Part shown: in pieces, positions 20,552 through 32,327 of the stretch | Position numbering within the stretch: position 1 is the stretch's first letter | Layout of the letters: each line of letters begins with the position of its first letter | From: an uncultured cyanobacterium | GTDB lineage: Bacteria > Cyanobacteriota > Cyanobacteriia > Phormidesmidales > Phormidesmidaceae | Direction: 5' to 3' | Assembly: GCA_963793265.1 (NCBI GenBank) | Contig: CAWBZI010000006.1 | Location: forward strand, 96,001 to 160,000 | DNA: 64,000 nucleotides | Translations under genes and position numbers: made by a program | Notes under the pieces: generated by a model | What the model was told of the DNA's origin: nothing | Databases searched by the model: none | What the model saw: only the letters and a program-made list of their open reading frames with translations

Positions 20552-22903
20552 ATGCCAAAGCAGATTGTTATTGCAGAGCAGCATCGAATTGCTGCCGTCT
20601 TTTCAGAAGATCAGATCCAAGAGATTATTGTTGCTAAAGGCAGCCACCAGGTCGGAGACATTTATCTCGGCACGGTAGAAAATATCTTGCCCGGTATTGA
20701 CGCCGCCTTTGTAAACATTGGCGATGGCGACAAAAACGGCTTTATGCACGTCTCTGACCTGGGGCCGCTAAAGTTAAAACGCATGGCCGGGCCAATTACT
20801 GAACTGCTCGCACCCCGGCAAAAGGTGCTCGTTCAGATTATGAAAGAGCCCACCGGGAACAAAGGGCCACGGCTGACAGGTAAAGTGACGCTGCCGGGCC
20901 GCTATCTGGTGCTGATGCCCTATGGCAAAGGCGTTAACCTATCGCGCCGCATTCGCAATGAAACAGAGCGCAACCGGCTCAGAGCCCTCGGCATTTTGGT
21001 AAAGCCGTCTGGGACGGGGCTTTTGATCAGAACAGAAGCCGAAGGCGTCTCAGAAGAAGCCATCATTGAAGACCTTGAAACGCTACAAAAGCGCTGGGAA
21101 AGCATTCAGCAAGAGGCATTAGCTACGCGCCCACCGTCGCTACTCAACCGCGACGATGACTTTATTCAGCGGGTGTTGCGCGACGTATACAGTGACGACG
21201 TTAACCGCATCGTCACCGATACCGAGGGCGGATTTGAGCGCACAAAGCAGCACCTTTCAAGCTGGAGTGACGGTCGTATTCCGCCCGGTATTTTAATCGA
21301 CTACCACCGCGAACCGACTCACATTCTGGAGTATTTTCGCGTTAACGCGGCAATTCGTGAAGCGCTCAAGCCTAGAGTAGATCTGCCTTCAGGCGGCTAT
21401 ATCATCATTGAGACGACTGAAGCGCTAACGGTGATTGACGTAAACTCCGGTTCGTTTACGCGGTCGGCAACCGCGCGTGAAACGGTGCTGTGGACAAACT
21501 GCGAGGCTGCTATTGAGATTGCTCGGCAGCTAAAGCTGCGCAACATTGCAGGCGTAATCGTGGTCGATTTTATCGACATGGACGGTCGCCGCGACCAGAT
21601 GCAGGTGCTAGAGCAGTTTGGCAATTCGCTCAGACCGGATAAGTCCAGACCCCAGATTTCTCAGCTCTCTGAGCTAGGACTGGTAGAACTCACCCGCAAA
21701 CGCCAGGGACAAAACATTTATGAGCTGTTTGGTCAAACCTGCCCGACTTGTGGCGGCTTAGGTCATTTAGCGCATCTTCCTGGCAGCGAACCTGAGCAAA
21801 CAGAGTCACTGTCAGTTGTATCTTCTCGGCCCCAGAGCTACAGCTCGCCAGCACAGAGCTATTCGAGCCGTCCATCGGCAAAGGATTCGAGCCGAGAAGA
21901 TCGCGCCAGCAGCTTAGATCCACAGTCGGAGCTGCAAGAGTTAGATTTGCTCAATCATCCTAACTATCAAGACAAAAACGGTCGTGGCGGAAATCGTCGG
22001 CGTCGGCGTCGGGGTTCAGAAAGTCCACCTTCGCGCTCGGGACGCTCTGCCCCAGCAAGTCCAGTGCCAGCAGCGGCGAAAGAGCCCGTTAACGAGACGG
22101 TAGAGGAACGCAGCCCTCGCCAGGGACGCGGCAGATCTGAGAGAGCAGAAAGAAACGACAGCAGGGCTGATAGGTCTGACCCTAGAGGACATAATAGACT
22201 CGATGAGCAGGCAGAGGCGGCTGATAATCAGTCGGATAAGCGGACGAGCAACGCTGAGCCTGGATCGAAGGGTAAGCGCACCCGCAACGGACGGCGAAAG
22301 CAAGAAGAGCCACCCGAAATTGTTGCCGTCGAGATGCCGCTAGAGGAGCAGCGCATCTACGCCATGATGGGCATTTCGCCGCTGGTCTATAGCGAGCAGA
22401 CGGTTGAGAATTCTCAGAATATTGCGGTTTCGGTGGTGTTGCCAGGTGAGGCTGAAGCCTTTATGGCAGAGGCTAAAGCCAAAGCGGCTGATGAGGTGTC
22501 TAATAAGCGAGTGATACCAACGCCGGTTCATGCTGAACCTAAGCTAGATGACGATCAGGACGAGGCTGAAGAAGAGCCAGAAATGCCTGAGGTAGATGAG
22601 CAGTCGGTTGCTCAATCTGAGAGCGATCAGCCAGAGAACAAGCCTTCTACGCCCATTCGGAAGAGAAGGCGCTCAAGTGGTTCTCGAACCTCTGCGAAGG
22701 TCAAGCTTGCTGATGATGTGGAGAATGACGTAAAAGAGCCGCCTGCTGTCGCTGAGAAGTCTTCTTTTGATGGGCCGATACTGAATAAAGCATCGAACTC
22801 ATCAGAAAGCGCGGCTTCAGAGGATGCGTCTGAAGGCTCAGGAGCGACTGAAGAGAAGGTTGTCCGCCGTCGCCGTCGCCGTCGATCTTCGGCTAGTGAG
22901 TAG
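20552..22903 (+). CDS. rne: Ribonuclease E
   Basis: MPKQIVIAE, AAFVNIG, TEALTVIDVNSG, DFIDM, CPTC zinc link, disordered CTD ending RRRRRRRSSASE. Confidence 0.97.
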   Translation: MPKQIVIAEQHRIAAVFSEDQIQEIIVAKGSHQVGDIYLGTVENILPGIDAAFVNIGDGDKNGFMHVSDLGPLKLKRMAGPITELLAPRQKVLVQIMKEPTGNKGPRLTGKVTLPGRYLVLMPYGKGVNLSRRIRNETERNRLRALGILVKPSGTGLLIRTEAEGVSEEAIIEDLETLQKRWESIQQEALATRPPSLLNRDDDFIQRVLRDVYSDDVNRIVTDTEGGFERTKQHLSSWSDGRIPPGILIDYHREPTHILEYFRVNAAIREALKPRVDLPSGGYIIIETTEALTVIDVNSGSFTRSATARETVLWTNCEAAIEIARQLKLRNIAGVIVVDFIDMDGRRDQMQVLEQFGNSLRPDKSRPQISQLSELGLVELTRKRQGQNIYELFGQTCPTCGGLGHLAHLPGSEPEQTESLSVVSSRPQSYSSPAQSYSSRPSAKDSSREDRASSLDPQSELQELDLLNHPNYQDKNGRGGNRRRRRRGSESPPSRSGRSAPASPVPAAAKEPVNETVEERSPRQGRGRSERAERNDSRADRSDPRGHNRLDEQAEAADNQSDKRTSNAEPGSKGKRTRNGRRKQEEPPEIVAVEMPLEEQRIYAMMGISPLVYSEQTVENSQNIAVSVVLPGEAEAFMAEAKAKAADEVSNKRVIPTPVHAEPKLDDDQDEAEEEPEMPEVDEQSVAQSESDQPENKPSTPIRKRRRSSGSRTSAKVKLADDVENDVKEPPAVAEKSSFDGPILNKASNSSESAASEDASEGSGATEEKVVRRRRRRRSSASE

Positions 22904-23483
22904 TTACCAGACACTACTGACTGAAGAGATTGCGGGTGTTGATGAGGTAGGGCGAGGAGCGTTTTTTGGGCCGGTCGTGGCAGCGGCGGTCGTTTTGCCA
23001 GAGGGGGCGATCGCACCCCTCACCGAAGCAGGCGTCACTGACAGCAAAAAACTATCGCCCGCCAAAAGACAAAAACTCGCGCTGCAAATTAGAGAAATAG
23101 CCCAGTGCAAAATAGGCATGGCCTCTGCCTATGAGATTGACAGGGTTAATATTTTGCAGGCGTCTTTGCTGGCAATGTATCGCGCGATCGCTCAGCTATC
23201 GCCACCGCCTAAGCTGTGTTTGATAGATGGCAATCAGCGAGTACCGCAGTTAGAGATACCGCAGCGGACGATTGTGAAAGGCGACCAGCATGAGCTAGCG
23301 ATCGCCGCTGCTAGCATCGTCGCAAAAGTGTGGCGAGATGACCTTATCACCCGGCTAGATCGCCGTTATCCTGGCTATGATCTAGCCTCTAATAAGGGCT
23401 ACGGAAGCGCAAAGCACAGAGCGGGCATCGCCAATCTAGGCGTTTGTCGGCAGCATCGAAAATCGTTCAAAAGCTGCCAGTAG
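22896..23483 (+). CDS. rnhB: Ribonuclease HII
   Basis: AGVDEVGRG, DSKKL, LIDGN, AAASIVAKVWRD, NKGYG; likely GTG start at 22896 overlapping the end of rne. Confidence 0.95.
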   Translation: MSSYQTLLTEEIAGVDEVGRGAFFGPVVAAAVVLPEGAIAPLTEAGVTDSKKLSPAKRQKLALQIREIAQCKIGMASAYEIDRVNILQASLLAMYRAIAQLSPPPKLCLIDGNQRVPQLEIPQRTIVKGDQHELAIAAASIVAKVWRDDLITRLDRRYPGYDLASNKGYGSAKHRAGIANLGVCRQHRKSFKSCQ

Positions 23484-23537
23484 TTCTGCTTGAAGAGACT
23501 CAAACTAGACAGACTGCTAAGTATCAGGCAGCTTTAA

Positions 23538-24092
23538 CTAAGAAGGGCTCGACACTTCAGCCGTCGCCGAAGCAGTAGCCCAACTACAATAATCGCTGAT
23601 AAGCTGACGCATTAACCGCTGCTTCAGCGTAATTAAAATACCGTTGAGCAAGCCATTACCTGTTCGTTCCAGCAAAGGTTTTGGAGTTAGCCACATAGTC
23701 TGGAGTAGATCAACGCTAACGCCTAAGTTCGCCTGTCCACGTAGCTTTTTCCCTTTAGACGTTTCTTGAACCACTAAGTAGCCCTGCATCTTCATCGAAA
23801 AGCGCTGATTGATAGACTCACGCCCTTCGATGTAGCAGGTGTCAGAACTTAGCCGCACCGTGTCGTTTTCTAACCAAACTTTAAGATCGCAAACCGGCTG
23901 CAAGGCTAAACCAATAAAGCGGATAGGCTTTACTTTCACTCTAAACAGGCCGGGACTCAGCGTCTCTACCTGATTTTTATCGATCAGCGCGTACACTAGC
24001 CGATCGACTTCGCTTAGATACGTCTCAATAGCCAAAGGCTGCTGTGGCACCGAAATTGTCACTGCTTGAGAAGCGCTGAAGCGAACAACCAT
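23538..24092 (-). CDS. DUF1997-family protein
   Basis: MVVRFSASQ...YLSEVDRLVYAL...LERTGNGLLNGIL...KQRLMRQLISDY; the ATG at 24092 avoids overlap with pheA. Confidence 0.8.
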   Translation of the reverse strand: MVVRFSASQAVTISVPQQPLAIETYLSEVDRLVYALIDKNQVETLSPGLFRVKVKPIRFIGLALQPVCDLKVWLENDTVRLSSDTCYIEGRESINQRFSMKMQGYLVVQETSKGKKLRGQANLGVSVDLLQTMWLTPKPLLERTGNGLLNGILITLKQRLMRQLISDYCSWATASATAEVSSPS

Positions 24093-24169
24093 AACTACGA
24101 GCGAAATGAAAGAGAAAACCGTATAAGCTAACCCTAGCACTTCTACAGCATTCGCGAGCCTCCTCCTAT

Positions 24170-25012
24170 ATGACGGTTTCAATTGCCCATCTCGGCCCTA
24201 AAGGCAGCTTTTCTGACTTCGCAGCGGCGACCTATGCCGAAAGTTTAAAGGCGCAATCGACTAAGCTGGATGCCTATCTGACAATTGCTCAGGCGATTAG
24301 AGCAACAGAGCAGGGTGACACTGACTATTGTGTTGTGCCAGTCGAGAACTCCATCGGTGGCGGTGTCACGATTACCCTAGATACGCTTTGGGAAATCAAA
24401 ACGTTACAAATTCAGCAGGCATTTACGCTACCTGTCAGACACGCACTAATTTCTAAAGCAGAGAGTATTGACCAGGTTGAAACCGTTTTTTCGCATCCAC
24501 AGGCGCTAGCGCAGTGTCGCAGCTGGCTAGCCGAGCATATGCCGAATGCAAAGCTGATTCCTAGCAATTCGACCTCAGAGCCGCTGCCTCGGATTAAGGA
24601 GGATTCAAAGCTGGGTGCGATCGCCTCCACCTGGGGCGCAAAAATCTACGATCTTCCCGTACTCGCCCATCCCATCAACGACTTTGCCGACAACTACACC
24701 CGCTTTTGGGTACTCGGCAAGCAGCCAGCCACCAGCGGACAGTTCACCTCTATTGCATTCAGCCTGCGCTCTAATGAACCCGGTGCACTGCTTAAACCGC
24801 TACAGCTATTTTCGGTGCTGAATATCAACATGAGCCGGATTGAGTCTCGCCCTACTAAGCGATCGCTCGGTGACTACATCTTTTTTGTAGACGTTGAAGC
24901 CAGCGCCCAAGACCAAACAATGAAGTCAGCACTAGAGCTATTAAAAATGCACACCGCAACGCTGAAGAACTTCGGCAGTTACGGCCTCATTGACATTGAG
25001 CGAATTCTGTAG
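24170..25012 (+). CDS. pheA: Prephenate dehydratase
   Basis: LGPKGSFS, VPVENSIGG, SHPQALAQC, NYTRF, ACT motif IESRP. Confidence 0.95.
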   Translation: MTVSIAHLGPKGSFSDFAAATYAESLKAQSTKLDAYLTIAQAIRATEQGDTDYCVVPVENSIGGGVTITLDTLWEIKTLQIQQAFTLPVRHALISKAESIDQVETVFSHPQALAQCRSWLAEHMPNAKLIPSNSTSEPLPRIKEDSKLGAIASTWGAKIYDLPVLAHPINDFADNYTRFWVLGKQPATSGQFTSIAFSLRSNEPGALLKPLQLFSVLNINMSRIESRPTKRSLGDYIFFVDVEASAQDQTMKSALELLKMHTATLKNFGSYGLIDIERIL

Positions 25013-25029
25013 AAGACATGCAAACGCAT

Positions 25030-25671
25030 CTACTCTAAAACATCCTTAAGCGCTGTCCGAGCCGCCAGGTTGTTACGGGTTGAAATCAAAATCTCCGCCT
25101 CACGCTCTAACCGACTCAGCGTATTTTGCATCTCTAACAACGACTGCTGCTCAAGCGAAACGCCATAGAGCGTGCTCGCAACCCAGTAAGAAAGCTCAAG
25201 CGGTAGCTCTGGAATATTTTCAGGAAAATCAATGTCCTGACTGGTGAGCTTAGCCGATAGCCGCACCACATCTCTCAGCAGCCGGTCAACTTCACTAGCT
25301 AGCGGCTCCAAGCTTTCCTCAACCGGCTCATCTTCAATCCACTCAACTAAGCCCACTAGGTAGGGCGTCTCTCGCACATAGTCCAATACTCGAAAGCGCT
25401 GCTGACCTAAGGTCATAATCTTCATGCGGTCGTCGGGCATTCGTTCGTAGTGAATGACCTCCGCGCAGCAGCCTACTTTTGCCGTCTCCCCAGTGTTGGG
25501 ATCAACCATGAGCACACCAAAGCGGCGATCGCCTTGCAAAATGGTGTTCATCATCATCCGATAGCGAAGCTCGAAAATGTGGAGGGGTAGCCGCCGACCG
25601 GGGAAGAGCACTAGCTCAGGGAGGGGAAAAAGCGGTAGCTCGCGAACGGCAACTGAGGAGGAAAAGTCCAT
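25030..25671 (-). CDS. LON peptidase N-terminal substrate-binding domain protein
   Basis: VRELPLFPLPELVLFPG..LPLHIFELRYRMMMNTIL; no AAA or protease domain; ATG at 25671. Confidence 0.88.
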   Translation of the reverse strand: MDFSSSVAVRELPLFPLPELVLFPGRRLPLHIFELRYRMMMNTILQGDRRFGVLMVDPNTGETAKVGCCAEVIHYERMPDDRMKIMTLGQQRFRVLDYVRETPYLVGLVEWIEDEPVEESLEPLASEVDRLLRDVVRLSAKLTSQDIDFPENIPELPLELSYWVASTLYGVSLEQQSLLEMQNTLSRLEREAEILISTRNNLAARTALKDVLE

Positions 25672-25788
25672 TGTGTGCAAAATAGGGCCATAGCAGTGCG
25701 CCGCTCGAAAGGGCAGCTTGCGCACTACAAATATTCTAACGCACGGGTTTAGATGGGTTGCGGTGAACCTCAGAAAACCTAAAACAGC

Positions 25789-25820
25789 AAAACCTCCTAA
25801 ACAGTCGAGTTTAGAAGGTT
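25789..25820 (-). terminator. Probable terminator of the str/rpsJ operon
   Basis: Hairpin AACCTCCTAAAC...GTTTAGAAGGTT with an A-run on its left (U tail on the minus strand). Confidence 0.55.
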
Positions 25821-25851
25821 CTTTAATGCTATCTAATCTATTTGGCTAAAC

Positions 25852-26172
25852 CTACAGCTTAACTTCAATATCCACACCAGCAGGAAGATCTAGCTTCATT
25901 AGCGCGTCAATCGTTTTAGAAGAAGGCTGATAGATATCGATGATGCGGCGGTGGGTGCGCGTCTCGAAGTGCTCGCGGGAGTCTTTGTCTACGTGGGGAG
26001 AGCGCAACACACAGTAGATTTTGCGCTTAGTAGGAAGAGGAATCGGGCCAACGGCTGTAGCGTTTGTGCGGTTGGCGGTATCGACAATTTTTTCGCAGGA
26101 AGTATCGAGTAAGCGGCGGTCGAATGCCTTGAGGCGGATGCGGATCTTCTGCTGTTGAATAGTAGCGGCCAT
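25852..26172 (-). CDS. rpsJ: 30S ribosomal protein S10
   Basis: [31 protein letters not shown]. Confidence 0.98.
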   Translation of the reverse strand: MAATIQQQKIRIRLKAFDRRLLDTSCEKIVDTANRTNATAVGPIPLPTKRKIYCVLRSPHVDKDSREHFETRTHRRIIDIYQPSSKTIDALMKLDLPAGVDIEVKL

Positions 26173-26258
26173 GGAAATTTAGCGCTTTCGTGCGCGAATG
26201 TTTAGTTTTCTAGGTTCGATGGGTCGGGAGGAGAATTTCGGCAATAAGCCGAGGTTGC

Positions 26259-26286
26259 GTAGGGGCGCAAGGTCTTGCGCCCCTAC
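26259..26286. repeat. GTAG-type REP-like palindrome
   Basis: GTAGGGGCGCAAG-GT-CTTGCGCCCCTAC, perfect 13-bp arms, between tuf and rpsJ. Confidence 0.75.
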
Positions 26287-26335
26287 AAAGGTGTCGCGGA
26301 TCTACAACATTCCGTAGCAGATCCAAACGCAGCTT

Positions 26336-27565
26336 CTATTTGGTGATCTTAGAAACAACGCCCGCACCAACGGTACGGCCACCTTCACGAATTGCAAAGC
26401 GCATACCCTGCTCAATTGCAATTGGGTTGATGAGCTTAACGTTCATTTTGATGCGATCGCCAGGCATAACCATTTCAGCAGCGCTACCGTCGTCAGCAGT
26501 AAAGCTTTCGATTGAGCCCGTTACGTCAGTTGTACGCACATAGAACTGAGGCTTATAGCCAGGGAAGAACGGTGTATGACGACCGCCTTCTTCTTTGTTG
26601 AGCACATAAACCTCAGACTCAAACTCAGTGTGAGGCGTAATGCTCTTAGGCTTAGCAAGCACCATACCGCGCTCAATGTCTTCTTTTTGAAGACCACGGA
26701 GCAAGACGCCTACGTTGTCACCAGCCATACCAGAGTCCAGCGTCTTCTGGAACATCTCTACGCCAGTAACAGTGGTGCTGCGAGTGTCGCGAATACCAAC
26801 AAGCTCAACAGTCTCACCGACCTTAACAACGCCACGCTCAATCCGACCAGTGGCAACCGTACCACGACCTGTAATCGAAAATACGTCCTCAACTGCCATC
26901 AAGAAGGGCTTATCTACTTCACGCTCAGGGGTAGGGATATAAGCATCCACTTCATCCATTAGCGCGTGAATTTTATCAACCCACTCGTCAGCGCCGCGAG
27001 CAGTACCAGGATCAGCAACCAGCTTCTCGACGGCCTTGAGTGCAGAACCAGCGGTCACCGGGATATCATCGCCAGGGAAATCGTAAGAGCTGAGCAGCTC
27101 ACGAATTTCTAGCTCAACTAGCTCAAGTAGCTCTTCGTCGTCTACCTGATCTTGCTTGTTCATGAACACGACGATATTAGGTACGCCTACCTGACCAGCC
27201 AGCAAAATGTGCTCACGGGTTTGAGGCATGGGGCCATCAGCCGCAGACACTACCAAGATAGCGCCGTCCATTTGCGCCGCGCCTGTGATCATGTTCTTCA
27301 CATAGTCAGCGTGACCGGGGCAGTCAACGTGAGCGTAGTGACGATTTTCAGTCTCGTACTCTACGTGAGCGGTGTTAATTGTAATACCGCGCGCTTTCTC
27401 CTCAGGAGCCGAGTCGATTTCAGCGTAGCTCTGAGCTTTACCGCCACCAGCAGCAGATAGCGTCATGGTGATAGCAGCCGTCAGAGTGGTCTTACCGTGG
27501 TCAACGTGGCCAATAGTGCCAATGTTGACGTGGGGTTTGCTTCTTTCAAATTTTTCGCGTGCCAT
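26336..27565 (-). CDS. tuf: Elongation factor Tu
   Basis: [24 protein letters not shown]. Confidence 0.99.
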   Translation of the reverse strand: MAREKFERSKPHVNIGTIGHVDHGKTTLTAAITMTLSAAGGGKAQSYAEIDSAPEEKARGITINTAHVEYETENRHYAHVDCPGHADYVKNMITGAAQMDGAILVVSAADGPMPQTREHILLAGQVGVPNIVVFMNKQDQVDDEELLELVELEIRELLSSYDFPGDDIPVTAGSALKAVEKLVADPGTARGADEWVDKIHALMDEVDAYIPTPEREVDKPFLMAVEDVFSITGRGTVATGRIERGVVKVGETVELVGIRDTRSTTVTGVEMFQKTLDSGMAGDNVGVLLRGLQKEDIERGMVLAKPKSITPHTEFESEVYVLNKEEGGRHTPFFPGYKPQFYVRTTDVTGSIESFTADDGSAAEMVMPGDRIKMNVKLINPIAIEQGMRFAIREGGRTVGAGVVSKITK

Positions 27566-27593
27566 GAATTTTCTTTTGTGTTCCTAAAACTAA

Positions 27594-29669
27594 CTATGCG
27601 TTCCCTTTGTTTCTGGCGATAATCGCCTCAGCCACATTACGCGGAACTTCCTCGTACTGGCTGAACTCCATAGAGAAGGAGCCCCTTCCCTGGGTTTTGG
27701 AGCGAATGTCGGTCGCGTAACCGAACATCTCAGACAAAGGCACTTTAGAAGTGACCTTCGTCACGCCCTCCTCAGACCCCATCCCCTCAATCTGTCCGCG
27801 ACGAGCGTTCAAGTCGCCCATCACATCGCCGAGGAAGTCTTCTGGAGCCTCCACTTCGACCTTCATCATGGGTTCCAAAAGAACCGGAGAAGCCTTCATC
27901 ACTGCTTCTTTGACTGCCATAGAGCCAGCAATTTTGAATGCCATCTCCGAGGAGTCAACGTCGTGATAAGAACCATCCAACAAAGTGACCTTAACATCAA
28001 TTAATGGATATCCGGCTAGAATACCAGATTCGCAAGCCTCTTTCATCCCTTGCTCCGCTGGCGAGATAAATTCTTTTGGAATAGAGCCTCCCACAATCTT
28101 GCTGACAAACTCAAACCCAGACCCTTCTTCAGAAGGCTCCAGCTCAATCACCACATGACCAAATTGTCCCTTACCACCACTCTGACGGATAAACTTACCC
28201 TCCGCCTTAGCAGGCTTTAAGATCGTTTCTCGGTAGGCTACCTGAGGCGCGCCAATGTTTGCTTCTACCTTGAACTCTCGCAACATGCGGTTAACAAGAA
28301 TATCCAAGTGAAGCTCGCCCATGCCAGCAATCACCGTCTGGTTAGTCTCAGGATCAATGCTGACGCGAAACGTGGGGTCTTCTTCCGAAAGCGACTGTAG
28401 CGCTTTTGAAAGTTTTTCCATGTCTTGCTTGGTTTTGGGCTCGACGGCGACCGAAATTACTGGCTCAGGAATAAAGAGCGATTCCAGCACAATCGGATGG
28501 TCGGCGTCGCAAATCGTATCACCTGTAAAGGTGTCTTTGAAGCCTAAGGCCGCGCCCAAGTCGCCCGCCCGCATTTCATCTACTTCAATGCGATCATCAG
28601 CCTTAAGGATAATCAGGCGCGAAATTCGCTCCTTTTTATCCTTGGTGGCGTTATAGACATAGCTGCCCTTTTTAAGTACGCCTGAGTACACCCGAATAAA
28701 GGTGAGGCGTCCGTAGGGATCGGCCATAATCTTGAAGGCCAAAGCTGCCGCAGGTTCATCGTCCTTAGCTTCGCGAGTACCGGTTTCGCCGTTGGGCAAA
28801 ATGCCTTGAATAGCCGGGACTTCTGGCGGTGAGGGCAAGTAGTCCACAACAGCGTCAAGCAATAGCTGAACGCCTTTGTTCTTAAAAGCAGAGCCGCAGA
28901 GCATTGGCACCATTTTGTCGTTGATAGTTGCCTTGCGAACGCATAGCATTAGCTCCTCAGCCGATATTTCTTCGCCTTCGAGGTAGCGTTCCATTAGGGC
29001 ATCGTTGGTTTCAGCGATCGCCTCCAGCAGAACAGTGCGATACTCCTGCGCCTTCGCCAGCATCTCCTCAGGAATATCAGTGACCTGAATATCAGTGCCT
29101 AAATCATTGGTATAAAGGTGCGCCTTCATCTGCACCAAATCGATTACGCCTCTAAACTTATCTTCAGCGCCAATTGGAATCTGTAGGGGTACAGCCTTAG
29201 CTCTGAGCCGATCTTTCACCTGCTCATACACCTTAAAAAAGTTCGCCCCTGTCCTGTCCATTTTATTGACAAAAGCAATGCGAGGCACCTTATAGCGATC
29301 GGCCTGCCGCCAAACGGTTTCAGACTGAGGCTGAACGCCACCCACAGAGCAGAACACCGCCACTACGCCATCAAGCACACGCATAGAGCGCTCTACTTCA
29401 ATCGTGAAGTCTACGTGACCAGGCGTGTCGATAATGTTGATTTGGTGGTCGCGCCAGGTGGTAGATATCGCCGCAGCCGTAATGGTAATGCCCCGCTCTT
29501 TTTCCTGCTCCATCCAGTCGGTAACCGCGTTACCGTCATGAACTTCACCAATTTTATGAACAACGCCCGAGTAAAACAAAATGCGCTCAGTCGTCGTGGT
29601 TTTACCCGCATCAATGTGCGCGGCAATCCCAATATTTCTAACTTTCTCAATCGGGGTATTACGGGCCAT
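27594..29669 (-). CDS. fusA: Elongation factor G
   Basis: [31 protein letters not shown]. Confidence 0.99.
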   Translation of the reverse strand: MARNTPIEKVRNIGIAAHIDAGKTTTTERILFYSGVVHKIGEVHDGNAVTDWMEQEKERGITITAAAISTTWRDHQINIIDTPGHVDFTIEVERSMRVLDGVVAVFCSVGGVQPQSETVWRQADRYKVPRIAFVNKMDRTGANFFKVYEQVKDRLRAKAVPLQIPIGAEDKFRGVIDLVQMKAHLYTNDLGTDIQVTDIPEEMLAKAQEYRTVLLEAIAETNDALMERYLEGEEISAEELMLCVRKATINDKMVPMLCGSAFKNKGVQLLLDAVVDYLPSPPEVPAIQGILPNGETGTREAKDDEPAAALAFKIMADPYGRLTFIRVYSGVLKKGSYVYNATKDKKERISRLIILKADDRIEVDEMRAGDLGAALGFKDTFTGDTICDADHPIVLESLFIPEPVISVAVEPKTKQDMEKLSKALQSLSEEDPTFRVSIDPETNQTVIAGMGELHLDILVNRMLREFKVEANIGAPQVAYRETILKPAKAEGKFIRQSGGKGQFGHVVIELEPSEEGSGFEFVSKIVGGSIPKEFISPAEQGMKEACESGILAGYPLIDVKVTLLDGSYHDVDSSEMAFKIAGSMAVKEAVMKASPVLLEPMMKVEVEAPEDFLGDVMGDLNARRGQIEGMGSEEGVTKVTSKVPLSEMFGYATDIRSKTQGRGSFSMEFSQYEEVPRNVAEAIIARNKGNA

Positions 29670-29860
29670 CGTGACCTCCTTTAAGCGAGCTGTATCAAGT
29701 TTTTTGGCTACAGCAAAACCATTATAAAAACTCCTGAGCGAAATTACCCAGAAGTTTTTAAGTTTGCGCTTCTATCCTGCAAGCTTAAGCGACACACTCA
29801 GGCGTTTGCATAGGACGTTTAGTTCTTTGTTAGCGCAGCAGAGCGACTTTAAAGAGCGCT

Positions 29861-30332
<472 letters not shown>

Positions 30333-30562
30333 GAGGCTTTAACCTTTGTGTAAATAGGGTGGAAGCAGTTTTTCAAAAAATAGAGATTGCTTACGAGTGG
30401 AACCAGCGGTGAAAAACGCAACGAACCTGGTTAATTAAGGGAGATAAGGACATCAGCATTGCCCAAGTCTTTCAAATTAATTAGGTGACACCAAAAGGTT
30501 GACCTTCGCAAAAGAGGATATTGTCTAAGAGAAAGCGACTCGCCAAAGAGACTGCAAATGAA

Positions 30563-30943
30563 TTAGGAGGCTGCTTTTGGCTTTTTGGCACCGTACTTAG
30601 AACGGCTTTGACGGCGGTCTTTAACACCCGCTGTATCCAAAGTGCCGCGAATGATGTGGTAGCGAACGCCAGGAAGATCCTTAACACGACCGCCGCGAAT
30701 CATTACAACGGAGTGCTCTTGCAGGTTGTGGCCGATACCGGGAATGTATGCGGTAACCTCAAATCCTGATGTGAGGCGAACCCTGGCCACTTTTCTTAGG
30801 GCTGAGTTTGGCTTCTTAGGGGTGGTTGTGTACACGCGAGTGCAAACACCACGACGCTGGGGGCAGCTCTGAAGCGCTGGAGATTTGGTCTTTTTGGTAG
30901 CTTTATTACGCTCTGTGCGAATGAGCTGTTGAATCGTAGGCAT
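30563..30943 (-). CDS. rpsL: 30S ribosomal protein S12
   Basis: [30 protein letters not shown]. Confidence 0.99.
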   Translation of the reverse strand: MPTIQQLIRTERNKATKKTKSPALQSCPQRRGVCTRVYTTTPKKPNSALRKVARVRLTSGFEVTAYIPGIGHNLQEHSVVMIRGGRVKDLPGVRYHIIRGTLDTAGVKDRRQSRSKYGAKKPKAAS

Positions 30944-31081
30944 ATAGGCGTGGGGATTTAAGAGCGCAGTAGTTAATTACGCCGTGAGATAAGTTGTCAT
31001 GAGAAGCAATAGTATCAATTATTTTTTCACCCTGTCAATCGGTTCGACCGAACAGTTTTGCCAGGCAGTTTGGATGAAGGG

Positions 31082-31426
31082 TCAGTGGCGAATGGCGAAG
31101 GCGTATCCACAGCGGCAGCTTTCGGTGGCTAGCGGGTTGTTAAAGCGGAAGGCTCCGCCTGTGAGATCTTCGGAAAAGTCTATTTTGAGATCGCGGATGT
31201 AGTCGAGGCGATCGCGCTTCATCACCAACTGCACTGTCGCCACACCATAGCCATCAAACGAGTACACATCGTCGTCATCATCTACCTCATCGTCAAGCGA
31301 GAGCACGTAAGACCACTCAGCGCAGCTACTCGGCTGAAGCGTCAGCCGACAAAACGAAGTAGGCCGACCTTGCCGGGTTCTGAGTCTGTTAATTTCTTGG
31401 CAGGCAGCAGGGGTGAGCTGAATCAT
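31082..31426 (-). CDS. HesB/IscA-family Fe-S assembly accessory protein
   Basis: MIQLTPAA, SSC, DFSEDLTGGAFRFNNP, CRCG. Confidence 0.85.
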   Translation of the reverse strand: MIQLTPAACQEINRLRTRQGRPTSFCRLTLQPSSCAEWSYVLSLDDEVDDDDDVYSFDGYGVATVQLVMKRDRLDYIRDLKIDFSEDLTGGAFRFNNPLATESCRCGYAFAIRH

Positions 31427-31492
31427 TTAACCGGCAGATTGAAAGCACAGCGCTATTGTACGACGCCTATCACTTCGCGAATATTGCCTCTT

Positions 31493-31519
31493 AAAAAAAA
31501 GGGGAACCAAACGTTCCCC
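31493..31519 (-). terminator. Intrinsic terminator after the cupin gene
   Basis: GGGGAAC-CAAAC-GTTCCCC stem next to an A8 run (U8 on the minus strand). Confidence 0.75.
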
Positions 31520-31555
31520 CTTCACCAAACTTAAGTTGTCAGGAAATCAAAAAAC

Positions 31556-31975
31556 TTAGTCGGAGCTACGAGCGTAGTCATCCTGAAAGCGAGTGATATC
31601 ATCTTCGCCCAAGTACTCACCGTTTTGGACTTCTATGAGCACCAAAGGAATAACGCCCGAATTTTCTAGGCGGTGGTTGGTGCAGGCAGGGACGTAAGTA
31701 GACTGATTCGTGCACAGCATAATCTCCTGATCGCCGCAGGTTACTTTGGCAGTACCAGAAACCACGATCCAGTGCTCACTGCGGTGGTGGTGCATCTGTA
31801 GGCTGAGGCGGTGGCCGGGTTTGACTTCGATACGCTTAATTTTATAGCCGGAGCCTTCTTCGAGCACGGTGAAAGCACCCCAGGGGCGTAGCTCAGTGGC
31901 CGAGACGCCTTCAAAGCTAGCGGACTCTAGCGACTTGTCTAATGATTTAGCAGTCAGTTCTTGAGTTTGAACCAT
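31556..31975 (-). CDS. Mannose-6-phosphate isomerase type II C-terminal cupin protein
   Basis: RPWG, LSLQMHHHRSEHW, IEVQNGEYLGEDDITRFQDDY. Confidence 0.92.
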   Translation of the reverse strand: MVQTQELTAKSLDKSLESASFEGVSATELRPWGAFTVLEEGSGYKIKRIEVKPGHRLSLQMHHHRSEHWIVVSGTAKVTCGDQEIMLCTNQSTYVPACTNHRLENSGVIPLVLIEVQNGEYLGEDDITRFQDDYARSSD

Positions 31976-32327
31976 GGTGGAAATGATCTCCTTGTAGGTG
32001 GATATCCCTGTTGTTTGTAGGGGTGGCCGCTGATAGCAGTTAGACGAGGTGAACAGCCATGCTCAATTGTTAGTATCAATTGCTGACTTTATAGGCTGCT
32101 CTCATAATACTTGTTTCAATTCTGGTTGATTCTAACAAGGCATTCCCAGGTCGGTAAGAGAAAGCGCCCACCTGAAGGGGGTTCCCTATCAAGTCTTCAT
32201 CCTTGTTAACCAGAATTGAAGCAGAGATGATTAATCTTTGCTCCTGTAGATTATGCCCGGCCTATTTGACGCGCGATCGCTTCCATATCAAATAAAGTTC
32301 GGTCTAACTCAAGCCAATCTAATTTGA

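Noticed and set aside
22824..22895. N-terminal extension of RNase HII overlapping rne by 80 bp
   Set aside because: An in-frame GTG at 22896 gives a typical length; the extension is an off-frame reading of the rne tail.
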